A DNA stretch of 64,000 nt from an uncultured Trueperaceae bacterium (GTDB lineage Bacteria; Deinococcota; Deinococci; Deinococcales; Trueperaceae): contig CAVSGP010000009.1 in assembly GCA_963727505.1 (NCBI GenBank), forward strand, positions 672,001 through 736,000, given 5' to 3'. This document shows positions 9,927 to 20,272 of this stretch, in pieces. The notes under the pieces were generated by a model. It ran no database searches. It was not told the DNA's origin and worked only from the letters and a program-made list of their open reading frames with translations. A program made the position numbers and the translations under genes. Each line of letters opens with the position of its first letter. Position 1 is the first letter of the stretch.

Positions 9927-11063
9927 TCACCGCCTGAGATCCAAGGAGAGGCTCTGCGTGGAGTCGTTGAGCGTGAACACGGCCTCATGGCCGCGGAGGT
10001 CGGTCAGCGTGATCTTGGTGTCGGGGAGGTCCTGTCCCAGCGGCACGACCACGGGCATCTTGTACTGGTTCGAGCGGAAGACGCCGACGCTGACGGGCCC
10101 GAGAACGGTGCCCGTGAATTGGACGTTGTTGTCGCGGAGGTAGCGACTCAGGGAGTCGGTCCCGGCCTGGAGAGGCGCGTTGCCGTTGCCCGTGCCCGCC
10201 TGAGCGGCGGTCTGAGCCGCGTTCGCCTGCCCAGGACCGAGGACGCCGGGCACCGACGGACCCGTGGTGAGGGAGCCGACCTGCGAGATGGTGCCGAGCG
10301 ATGCGGATTCTGCGCCCGTGGGTTCGCGGACGGCCGCGACGGCGCCGAGGTCCTTGGGCGCCGACGAGCTCGCCTGCGCGCGTGTCGACTGCAGCACGCT
10401 CGGCGTGGTGGGCAGCATGCCGGAGGGGAGCGCATGGGGAAGACCACTCGCCTGCGGCGGCGGCGGCGACACCGGCTGCGGTGCCGGCGCCTCGGCCAGC
10501 TTCGGTGGGCTGGCGGCCTGGTTCGAGGGCGCGGCCGCCGTCGTGACCTGCTGCGAGGCCGGCGGCTGAGCCGAAGCCTGCGTCGGGGCCGGTGCCGCTG
10601 GTGGGGCCTGGACCACGATGGGCGAGAAGGGGTTGACGCTCATGCGCTGCGCCGAAGCGGAGCTCTGCGTGCTGCCGGTCGCGGTCGCGGTGCCGGCGCC
10701 GTTGGCGCTGCTGCCCGCGGCAGCCTGGCCCGAGGCGGGCGGCTGCGTCACGAGGAAGGGCAACTCGGAGACCTGGAGGTCGCGCGTGGCAACGGCCGGC
10801 TTGTTCGGCGCCACCACGGGGGCCGCGTTCTGGTTCGCGGGTGTAGCGGCCGTCTGGGCCTGCGAGTCGGGAGCCGATGCGGGGGCCGCTGACGAGGACG
10901 ACGTTGACGAAGGAGCTGCATTGGACGACGCCGGCGGCGTCGTGATCGCCGTCACCGGCGTCGCGGCCGGCTGCTCCTGGGAGAAGAAGTTCACCCAGAA
11001 GAACGCGGCGGCGGCGAGCAGCAGGACGGCGATGAGGATGCGCGCGGTTCTGGAGAGCGTCAT
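9927..11063 (-). CDS. Thermus PilW-like pilus protein (N-terminal TM, Pro/Ala/Ser-rich linker, PilP-like C-terminus)
   Basis: Lies between pilO and pilQ; ELPFLV and VNPFSP motifs; C-terminal FTGTVLGPVSVGVF beta domain. Confidence 0.75.
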   Translation of the reverse strand: MTLSRTARILIAVLLLAAAAFFWVNFFSQEQPAATPVTAITTPPASSNAAPSSTSSSSAAPASAPDSQAQTAATPANQNAAPVVAPNKPAVATRDLQVSELPFLVTQPPASGQAAAGSSANGAGTATATGSTQSSASAQRMSVNPFSPIVVQAPPAAPAPTQASAQPPASQQVTTAAAPSNQAASPPKLAEAPAPQPVSPPPPQASGLPHALPSGMLPTTPSVLQSTRAQASSSAPKDLGAVAAVREPTGAESASLGTISQVGSLTTGPSVPGVLGPGQANAAQTAAQAGTGNGNAPLQAGTDSLSRYLRDNNVQFTGTVLGPVSVGVFRSNQYKMPVVVPLGQDLPDTKITLTDLRGHEAVFTLNDSTQSLSLDLRR

Positions 11064-11653
11064 GGCGTCCCCGCCCCCGGATCCTTGCCCGTGTAGACGT
11101 AGACCGTGAACTGGAAGTTGGCGGTCAGATCGGGGTTGCTGGTGGCGTTGCCCTGGACGTTCAGGCCCACCTGGTGGATCTTGGTGAAGCGCTGCAGGGC
11201 CTCGAGCTTACCGAGGAAGTCCATGGTGTTCACGAACGTACCTGTCGTCGCGATCGTGAAGCCGATCGGCCGGACGTCTTGCACCGTGCCCTGGCCACCT
11301 CCCTGACCGAAGCTGTTGACCGTGACCTGGCTGTCGGCGGCCGAGGTCCTCAACTGGTCGATGAGGCCGGAGATGTCGCTCTCCTTGGGGAGCTGGGCCA
11401 GGAAGCTGCGCCGGTCCTGCTCGAGCTGCGCCACCGCCGCGCGCAGGTCGGGCAGGTTGCGCCTTGCCTGCTCGCCTCGCTGGATCTGGGTGTTGAGCTG
11501 GGCGATGTCGTTCTGCAGCGTCGTGATGTGGTCCTGCGTGGGGCGGTACATGTAGAAGTACCACAACAGGGCGACCGCGATGGAGAGCACGATCGCGAGG
11601 ATCGCGATGTCGCGCTGCCGCAGCTTGCGGAGGCTGAAGTTACCGAAGTTCAT
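11060..11653 (-). CDS. pilO: Type IV pilus assembly protein PilO
   Basis: TM, coiled coil, QLPKESDISGLI, GTFVNTMDFLGKLEALQRF. Confidence 0.9.
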   Translation of the reverse strand: MNFGNFSLRKLRQRDIAILAIVLSIAVALLWYFYMYRPTQDHITTLQNDIAQLNTQIQRGEQARRNLPDLRAAVAQLEQDRRSFLAQLPKESDISGLIDQLRTSAADSQVTVNSFGQGGGQGTVQDVRPIGFTIATTGTFVNTMDFLGKLEALQRFTKIHQVGLNVQGNATSNPDLTANFQFTVYVYTGKDPGAGTP

Positions 11654-12261
11654 GGCTGGCTCCCGGCCAGGGCGCCGACCGTCAGGCTGTAGCTATAGAG
11701 GTCGCTGGTGCCCTGACGAGACGCGTTCTGGAAGGAGACGCCGTAGCTGTTGGAGGTCTCGAGCGTGTGGATGAACCGCGCCAGCACCTCGGGATCGACC
11801 ACGTCCCCGCTGACGTTGAGCTCGGCGATCACGCTCTTGCCCTCGTACTTGTTGGGGTCGCTGCGCGGCGGATTGACAGCGCTCATACTCAGGCTCTTGA
11901 AGTCGATGTTGGGGCGGGCGCCGGTACCTCGGGGCGGAAGCGTCTCGAGCAGACCGGAGATCTCGCCGGTCCACAGGATGCGGTTCTGGTGGACCGCCTT
12001 CTCCACGGCGATGAGCTGGTTGAGATCGCGCTGCCGCTGCAACAGGCTCTGCTGCTCCTGGAGGTAGGGCTGCAGCAACGCCAGCTGGTCGGAGCGCGCC
12101 TGCTTCTCGGTCTGGAGGTTCTGCTGGGTCTGGTAGGCGAACGTCTGGAAGACGAACGCCAGTCCGAGCACCAGGAGCGGGAAGGCGATCGCCAGGATGC
12201 GCCAGTAGCCGGGCTCGCGGACGCGCCGCAGATTCTTGGGAAGCAGGTTGACATTAATCAA
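11650..12261 (-). CDS. pilN: Type IV pilus assembly protein PilN
   Basis: N-terminal INVNLLP PilM-binding motif, TM, coiled coil. Confidence 0.9.
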   Translation of the reverse strand: MINVNLLPKNLRRVREPGYWRILAIAFPLLVLGLAFVFQTFAYQTQQNLQTEKQARSDQLALLQPYLQEQQSLLQRQRDLNQLIAVEKAVHQNRILWTGEISGLLETLPPRGTGARPNIDFKSLSMSAVNPPRSDPNKYEGKSVIAELNVSGDVVDPEVLARFIHTLETSNSYGVSFQNASRQGTSDLYSYSLTVGALAGSQP

Positions 12262-13441
12262 CGCCCGCCACCCCTCTCAATGCGAGCCCCAGGGGCACCG
12301 CGAACTCGGGACCCCACTTCTGGAGGTACTGGCTGTCGAAGCGGGTCTCGTCGTAATGGACGGTGAGCCACGGATCGCCGAGCTCCACGCGGAAGCCGAG
12401 GGCGTCGCCGATGGCCTCTGGCAGGCCGCGCAGCTTGGCGCCGCCGCCCGTCACCACCATGCGGCTGATGTTGGCGTCGCCGGTCTGGACCCGGAAGAAC
12501 TCGAGGCTGCGGCGGATCTCAGTGGTGAGATCGACCAGCACCGGGCGCAGCGATTCGTAGACCCGGCTGGGGCTGAACTGCTCGCGCTTGGCATCGAAGT
12601 TGAGGAGCTCTTCCTCGTCCTCGGTGGGGATGGTCGCCGTGCCGTAGTCGAGCTTGACCTCCTCGGCGCTGTCGAAGTCGAGGCCGAAGGAGCGTTGGAT
12701 GGCCGCGGTGAAGTCGTCGCCGCTGACCCCGATGTTGCGGTTCATCAGCACCCTCTCGCCGCGGACCAGGGTGATGGTGGTGTTGGAGGCGGCGATCTCG
12801 AGCACGACGCCGATCTCGTTGGCCTCCGTGTAGCCGGTGCCCGACAGGGTGGTCTTGGTGAGGTGCTCGCCAAGGAGCGAGCCCTTCAGCGAGCGCAGCA
12901 GCGTGAAGGGCTTGACGTCGAGCACCAGCGGCTCGAGCCCGGCCTGCTTGAGGTACTCGACCTGCTGCGTGACCTGGTCGAGCCGCGCCGCGGCGATGAC
13001 CACCTCGAGCTGCCCGCCCTCCTCGATGTCGTCGGGGTTGTCGAGCACGTAGTAGTCGAGCACGACCTCGTCGATCGGGAAGGGGATGTAGCGCTCCGCC
13101 TCCCACTTGATCGCTTCGTCGAGCTCCTGCATGGTCATCTTTGGAACGTGGATGTTACGGGTGATCGCTTGCCGGTTGCTCACGGCCGCCACCGCGAACC
13201 GCTTGTGGACGCCCGCTTCGTCCATCAGGGCCTTGATCTCGTCGGCCAGCCCACGCGCGTCGACCACCTGGTCGTCCTGGATGAGACCAGGGGGCATGGG
13301 GCGGACAGACATCGCGACCAGGGTCGGCGGGTTCCCTGGTCGAAGCTCCACCACCTTGAGCGCACTGGTGCCCACCTCTAGACCGACTGCCTCGATCCTC
13401 GGGCTGAGCATGCGCGCCAGGCGCTCGCGCATTGAGGGCAT
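12254..13441 (-). CDS. pilM: Type IV pilus assembly protein PilM
   Basis: Actin-like GLEVGTSALKVV, WEAERYIPFPIDEV, TGGGAKL, AVPLGLALRG; AGGAGG RBS and upstream TGnTAGACT -10. Confidence 0.95.
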   Translation of the reverse strand: MPSMRERLARMLSPRIEAVGLEVGTSALKVVELRPGNPPTLVAMSVRPMPPGLIQDDQVVDARGLADEIKALMDEAGVHKRFAVAAVSNRQAITRNIHVPKMTMQELDEAIKWEAERYIPFPIDEVVLDYYVLDNPDDIEEGGQLEVVIAAARLDQVTQQVEYLKQAGLEPLVLDVKPFTLLRSLKGSLLGEHLTKTTLSGTGYTEANEIGVVLEIAASNTTITLVRGERVLMNRNIGVSGDDFTAAIQRSFGLDFDSAEEVKLDYGTATIPTEDEEELLNFDAKREQFSPSRVYESLRPVLVDLTTEIRRSLEFFRVQTGDANISRMVVTGGGAKLRGLPEAIGDALGFRVELGDPWLTVHYDETRFDSQYLQKWGPEFAVPLGLALRGVAGVD

Positions 13442-13548
13442 AACGTCTCCTCCTCGTAAATCAAGCGGAGTCTATCACGGTGCCCTCATAGCGCCGAGTG
13501 AAATATTCGCAAGCGTGTCGGGTTTCCTGCCCCTTGCTGGACGGCGAT

Positions 13549-15456
<1,908 letters not shown>

Positions 15457-15529
15457 AGGTCAGTCTACCTCCCGCGCCATGAGCCCCACGTTGGTGAGAC
15501 GATGGGGGTTCCTTCATGCTCGCTGCGGT

Positions 15530-16858
15530 TCAGGGGGCGCGAGCCAGATCGTTGAAGCGCACGTGCGCGTTGTGGAATTGCAGCTCAAGCGTTCCGGTCG
15601 GACCGTTGCGTTGCTTGCCGATGATGACCTCGGCGATACCGTGCTTCTCCGACTGCTGGTCGTAGTACTCGTCGCGGTAGATGAACATCACGAGGTCGGC
15701 GTCCTGCTCGATGGCACCACTTTCACGCAGGTCCGACAGCATCGGCCGCTTGTTGGGCCGGCTCTCGACGGCGCGCGATAGCTGCGAGAGCACCAGCACT
15801 GGGATGTCGAGCTCGCGGGCGAGCGCCTTGAGCCCGCGCGAGATGGCCGAGATCTCCTGCTGGCGGTTCTCACCGGTGCTGCGGGTCCCGGCAGACATGA
15901 GCTGCAGGTAGTCGACGACAAGCAGCCCCAGGTCGTGTTCGGCGGTCAGTCGACGAGCGCGGGAACGCAGCTCCATCACCGTCAGGTCGGGGTTGTCGTC
16001 GATGAAGATGCGCGCGTCCGACATACGCCCGGCGGTGTCGGCGAGGCGCTGGAAGTCGCGGTCGGAGAGCTGGCCGTTGCGCACCCGGCTCATGTCGACC
16101 CGCGCCTCCGAGCAGAGCATGCGGGTGACCAGCTGCACGGCCGACATCTCCAGCGAGAAGATGCCGACGCTGACCTCGTCGCGCAGCGCGGCGTTGAGCG
16201 CCATGCTGAGCGCGAGCGCCGTCTTGCCCATCGAAGGGCGCGCAGCGAGCACGTTCAGGCTCGACGGCTGGAGCCCCGCGGTCATGTTGTCGAGCTCTTT
16301 GAAGCCCGTGCGCATGCCCGAGACGGGATCGGGGTTCGCGAACAGCTCGTTGATGTGGGCGAAGGTCTCGGTGACGAGCGTCGTCATGCCCTCGAACTGC
16401 GTGCGGCGCTTCTTGGTGGCCAGGTCGAAGATGTTCTGCTCGGCCTGGTCCAACACCTCGTCGAGCGGCCCGGCCTGATCGTAGGCGAGTTGCATGATGC
16501 GCCCGCTGGCCGAGATGAGTTCGCGCAGCGTCGCCTTTTCCAGCACGATGCGCGCGTAGCTGTCGGCGTACGCCGCGGTCGGAACGCTGTCGGCGAGGCC
16601 GATGAGATAGGGGACGCTGCCCACGCTCTCGAGCTCGCCCGATTGCCGGAGCTCCTCCGTGAGCGTGACCAGGTCCATGGGTTCGCCGCTGCGGAACAGG
16701 CGCTCGATGGCGCGGAAGATCTTGCGGTGCCCCTCCTTGTAGAAGTGGCCGGCCGCTAGCACCCCTTCCAGCGACGCGTAGGTCTCGTTGTCCAGAAGGA
16801 TGCTGCCCAGAACGCTCTGTTCGGCCTCGAGATTATGGGGGGGTGTTCGGCTCTCCAC
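15530..16858 (-). CDS. dnaB: Replicative DNA helicase DnaB (no intein)
   Basis: PPHNLEAEQSVLG, ARPSMGKT, VDYLQLM, SDLRESGAIEQDAD, KQRNGPTG. GTG 16858 is preferred because TACAAT lies 7 nt upstream; ATG 16867 is the alternative. Confidence 0.97.
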   Translation of the reverse strand: MESRTPPHNLEAEQSVLGSILLDNETYASLEGVLAAGHFYKEGHRKIFRAIERLFRSGEPMDLVTLTEELRQSGELESVGSVPYLIGLADSVPTAAYADSYARIVLEKATLRELISASGRIMQLAYDQAGPLDEVLDQAEQNIFDLATKKRRTQFEGMTTLVTETFAHINELFANPDPVSGMRTGFKELDNMTAGLQPSSLNVLAARPSMGKTALALSMALNAALRDEVSVGIFSLEMSAVQLVTRMLCSEARVDMSRVRNGQLSDRDFQRLADTAGRMSDARIFIDDNPDLTVMELRSRARRLTAEHDLGLLVVDYLQLMSAGTRSTGENRQQEISAISRGLKALARELDIPVLVLSQLSRAVESRPNKRPMLSDLRESGAIEQDADLVMFIYRDEYYDQQSEKHGIAEVIIGKQRNGPTGTLELQFHNAHVRFNDLARAP

Positions 16859-16980
16859 GCCGGCCATTGTACGTTGCGCCGCCGGCAGGCTCGACGGGTG
16901 AGGGGGGAAGAGGCCCGGTCGGCAGGGTGGAGGGCGGGACCGGTGCCGCGCAGACGGCCCGCGGCTAGAATGGTGAGCGC

Positions 16981-18693
16981 ATGGGCGGGATCTTCACAGC
17001 GGTCGCAGGGTTGGCGCTGGCGTGGCTGGTCGGCTCGGTGCCGCTGGGCTCCACGCTGGTCCGGTGGCTCTCCGGTACGGAGCCAGCGGAGGTCAACCCC
17101 CATCTCATCGGAGTGGAGAACGTCTACCGCATGGTCGGGGCGCCTGCGGCTCTGGCGGCCTTCGCGCTCGACGTGCTCAAGGGCGCCGTGGCCGTGGTGC
17201 TGGTGCCTGTGGCGCCGCTCGGTGCGCTGGGCGTCTACCTGGGTCATCTCTACCCGTTGGGCCTACCCGGCCGGGCCAGGCCCCCGCGGGGCCGCGGCAA
17301 CGGGGTGCTGTTGGGTGCGCTGGCCGCGCTCTCGATCACAGGAGGGCTGCCCTGGCTGGCGTTGGCGCTTCCGATCTGGACGTACGCCGGCGTGCTCGCG
17401 GCCCGCCGTTACGTGGCCCTCGCGACCGTGAGCGGGCTGGCGGTGCTGGCGGCGGCGTCCGTGATGGCCTGGGTCGCTGGAGCGGCCGGGTCGCTGGCTG
17501 CCCTCGCGGCGGTACTCGTCGCGGCTTCGGGGGCCTGGCGCCAGAAGGCCGCCCTGGCACGGGTGCGCGACGGAACCGAGGCGCGCCTCGGCGATCCGCC
17601 CGCGGTGCGGGGACTCGAACCGGACACTCTGCTGTGCGCCTTCCTCGTGCACCCCATGACGGTGGACGACCTGTGGCAGCCCCCGAGCCAGCGCTGGCTG
17701 CGGCACCTGGCGGCCCGCGGCCTGCTGCCAGAAAGGGCGCTGCGCCGCATCATGCTCCGCATGCGCCCCCAGAGCCAGGGGGTGATCGAGGGCGTCCGCT
17801 TGCCCGACGGCCGGCGCATGCGCGTGCTCCTGATCGGCGGCCCCATGCTGCCCGACCAGTTCGCCGCCCACCCCGACATCGCGCTGAGGATGGCCATCCA
17901 GGGCGCCCGGCTGGCGCACGAGCTCGGCGCCGAAGCGGTCGGGCTGGGCGCATTCTGGTCGACCGTCGGCGACAAGGGTCAGGACGTGCAGCGCGCAGTC
18001 CCCGAGATCGCGGTCACCAACGGCGGCGCCTACACGGCGGCGAGCGTGCGGGCGGCGGTCCCCGGCCTGCTCGAGCGCTTCGCGGCCGAAGGGGGCTCGC
18101 TGCGGCGCGCCACGGCAGCCGTCGTCGGCGCCAACGGTGTCGTGGCGTTCGGGGTGGCGCGCATGATCGCGCCCGAGGTGCGCGAGCTGGTGCTGGTCGG
18201 CCGCGACGCCCAACGGCTGCGGCGCAGCGCCCAGACGCTGCGCCGCAAGCATCCGGACACGGAGGTGCTCGCCACCACCGATCTCGCCGCGGTGGCCGGG
18301 GCCGATCTGGTATTCACCGCGACCTCCGATCCCGCACCCGTGTTGCGCCCCGAGCACATCCGGCCCGGAGCATGGGTCTTCGACCTGGGGCGGCCGGCCG
18401 ATGTACACCCCAGCGTGCGGGAGGTTCCCGGCGTGCAGATCGTCCCGGGCGGCGTGGTGCGCCCGCCCGGCGCGATGCGGTCGCAGATCGACATCCGCTT
18501 CGGGGACGGGCTGGTCCCCGCCTGCCTGGCCGAAACGATGATCATGACGGCCGCGCACGCCTTCGACCGCCGCAGCCTGGGGTCGGTCACGCGCACGGCG
18601 GATATCGCCTTCTACCTGCGCGAAGGGGAGCGGCTGGGCTTCGAGATCGTCACGCGCGACGAGCGGGTGGCGGAGTTGGAGGCCGCGCTGTGA
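16981..18693 (+). CDS. PlsY-like membrane acyltransferase fused to an acyl-ACP-reductase-like NAD(P)-binding domain
   Basis: N-terminal GSVPLG...GVENVYR...DVLKG...GHLYP...GRG (PlsY motifs). C-terminal AFLVHP, GLGAF, TNGGAYT, AVVGANG, ADLVFTATS, ACLAETM. Confidence 0.8.
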   Translation: MGGIFTAVAGLALAWLVGSVPLGSTLVRWLSGTEPAEVNPHLIGVENVYRMVGAPAALAAFALDVLKGAVAVVLVPVAPLGALGVYLGHLYPLGLPGRARPPRGRGNGVLLGALAALSITGGLPWLALALPIWTYAGVLAARRYVALATVSGLAVLAAASVMAWVAGAAGSLAALAAVLVAASGAWRQKAALARVRDGTEARLGDPPAVRGLEPDTLLCAFLVHPMTVDDLWQPPSQRWLRHLAARGLLPERALRRIMLRMRPQSQGVIEGVRLPDGRRMRVLLIGGPMLPDQFAAHPDIALRMAIQGARLAHELGAEAVGLGAFWSTVGDKGQDVQRAVPEIAVTNGGAYTAASVRAAVPGLLERFAAEGGSLRRATAAVVGANGVVAFGVARMIAPEVRELVLVGRDAQRLRRSAQTLRRKHPDTEVLATTDLAAVAGADLVFTATSDPAPVLRPEHIRPGAWVFDLGRPADVHPSVREVPGVQIVPGGVVRPPGAMRSQIDIRFGDGLVPACLAETMIMTAAHAFDRRSLGSVTRTADIAFYLREGERLGFEIVTRDERVAELEAAL

Positions 18694-18703
18694 GGCGCGC
18701 CCG

Positions 18704-19519
18704 GTGAAGGCGTTCCGCATGACGGGGCGGCTTGAGCCCGAGAGCCCCGCCGTGGCCCGGCTCTTCGAATGCGGATCGCTGGGCGCGGTGGAGGAGACCG
18801 GCGGGAGCGGTGTCGAGATCGTGGCGTACTTCGACCGCCAGGTCGAGCTGGGCCTCGAGGGGCGCTGGGAGGACGTCGAGACGTTCGATTACGTCGCCGC
18901 CTACCGGGCCGATCTGAAGGCGGTGCGGGTGGGCTCGCTGGTGGTCGCGCCCACCCACCGGCGCGCCGAGCTGGAGGCCGGCCAGCAGGTGGTATGGCTT
19001 GACCCCGGCACCGCCTTCGGGACCGGCCACCACGAGACGACGCGCCTGGCGCTGGGGACGCTGGTCAGTATCGACCTGGTCGGACGGAGCGTGCTCGACG
19101 TGGGCGCCGGGTCCGGCATCCTCACGGTGGCGGCCGACCGGCTCGGCGCGGGCCTGGCCCTCGGCGTCGATATCGATGCCGCCACCGTCGAGGTCGCGCG
19201 CCGCAACGCCGTGCTCAACCGCTCGCGGGCACGGTTCCTGACGGGTAGCGTCGACCATCCGGATCTTCCTGCGCGCTTCGACGTCATCGTCGCAAACCTC
19301 TACGCCGAGCTCCATGCCGCGCTGATGCCCGCCTACCTGGCCCGCCTGAACGCCGGCGGCGCGCTGCTGTTGACCGGCATCCTCACGCGGCTCGAGCCGA
19401 CCGTACGTCGTGCGCTCCCCGAGGGACTGCCGTTCCGGGTGGAGCGGGAGGGTGAGTGGTCGCTGTTCGCGGTGCGCATGGGGAGCCTCGAGGCGGGGCG
19501 ATCGAGGTGGACGCCATGA
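18704..19519 (+). CDS. prmA: Ribosomal protein L11 methyltransferase
   Basis: LDPGTAFGTGHHETT, VLDVGAGSGIL, DVIVANL, LLTGIL. Confidence 0.93.
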   Translation: MKAFRMTGRLEPESPAVARLFECGSLGAVEETGGSGVEIVAYFDRQVELGLEGRWEDVETFDYVAAYRADLKAVRVGSLVVAPTHRRAELEAGQQVVWLDPGTAFGTGHHETTRLALGTLVSIDLVGRSVLDVGAGSGILTVAADRLGAGLALGVDIDAATVEVARRNAVLNRSRARFLTGSVDHPDLPARFDVIVANLYAELHAALMPAYLARLNAGGALLLTGILTRLEPTVRRALPEGLPFRVEREGEWSLFAVRMGSLEAGRSRWTP

Positions 19520-19529
19520 GGTGGACGCC

Positions 19530-19976
19530 GTGAGCAGGGCAAGGACGCCACGGGGTTCTGCGTGGCGCCCGCGGCCGTGGGTACCGCTGTTGGCACCGCT
19601 CCTGGCGCTTCTCCTGGGGCTGGGCGCGTGCACGCCGCTCTACGTGCCGCCGGTTCCGGAACGCGTCCCCGTGCACGAGGTCGCACAGCTCGGTGACGCA
19701 AGCGCGTTGCGCCTCCGGGACGGCGTCCTGACCCTGCACGTGGTGCTCGATCGCATCCCCGACGCGGGTTGGCTGGCGGTGCAGTGGTTCGCGCCGGACG
19801 GCACCGAAGTTGCCTCGGACAGCGTCTGGGTCGCCCCGGCGAACGTGGGAGAGGGCCGCACTCTGGTGTTGCCGCCGCGCGTGAGCCCGAGCGCGGGCGA
19901 GTGGCGGGCGGTCGTCTCGCTCCGGGGCGAAGTGCTGCGGCAGTTCCGCGCGACCGTCACGGCGAACGCGTTGTAG
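19530..19976 (+). CDS. Hypothetical lipoprotein
   Basis: Basic N-terminus, hydrophobic stretch and lipobox LGAC; GAGGTGG SD; beta-rich mature domain. Confidence 0.7.
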   Translation: MSRARTPRGSAWRPRPWVPLLAPLLALLLGLGACTPLYVPPVPERVPVHEVAQLGDASALRLRDGVLTLHVVLDRIPDAGWLAVQWFAPDGTEVASDSVWVAPANVGEGRTLVLPPRVSPSAGEWRAVVSLRGEVLRQFRATVTANAL

Positions 19977-20172
19977 GGACCCTCCTGTAGCCCGGAGCAA
20001 CGGGGCCCGGCGGAACGGGGCGTCCACGCCGGGAGGGATGGTAGGAAGCGTGATCGCCGGCAAGCTAGACCGGTCCGTCTACGCTCGGAACGGTAGCCGA
20101 TCGGCCGTTTTGAGCCACCGATCCATCGAACGAGGCGCCCACCCGCGTGCCGGGCGATGTGCGGTCCAGCAA

Positions 20173-20205
20173 CAGGCACCGACCCCGATACGGGGCCGGT
20201 GCCTG
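20173..20205 (-). terminator. Hairpin downstream of secDF
   Basis: 15-bp stem that is fully paired (one G-U) on the minus strand, followed by UUGCU. Confidence 0.55.
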
Positions 20206-20272
20206 GGCGACGGGTCGCCTGGAGAGCGTCCCGGGAGCGTCATGGCGGGGGCCGCGTCGTCGCGGCCGGCGG

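Noticed and set aside
15530..16867. Intein in dnaB
   Set aside because: Normal length (~443 aa) with contiguous helicase motifs.
19977..20272. SRP RNA, tmRNA, RNase P RNA or tRNA in this spacer
   Set aside because: No GGAAGGAAGCAGC-type SRP domain, tRNA-like ends or GAGGAAAGUCC motif seen on either strand.
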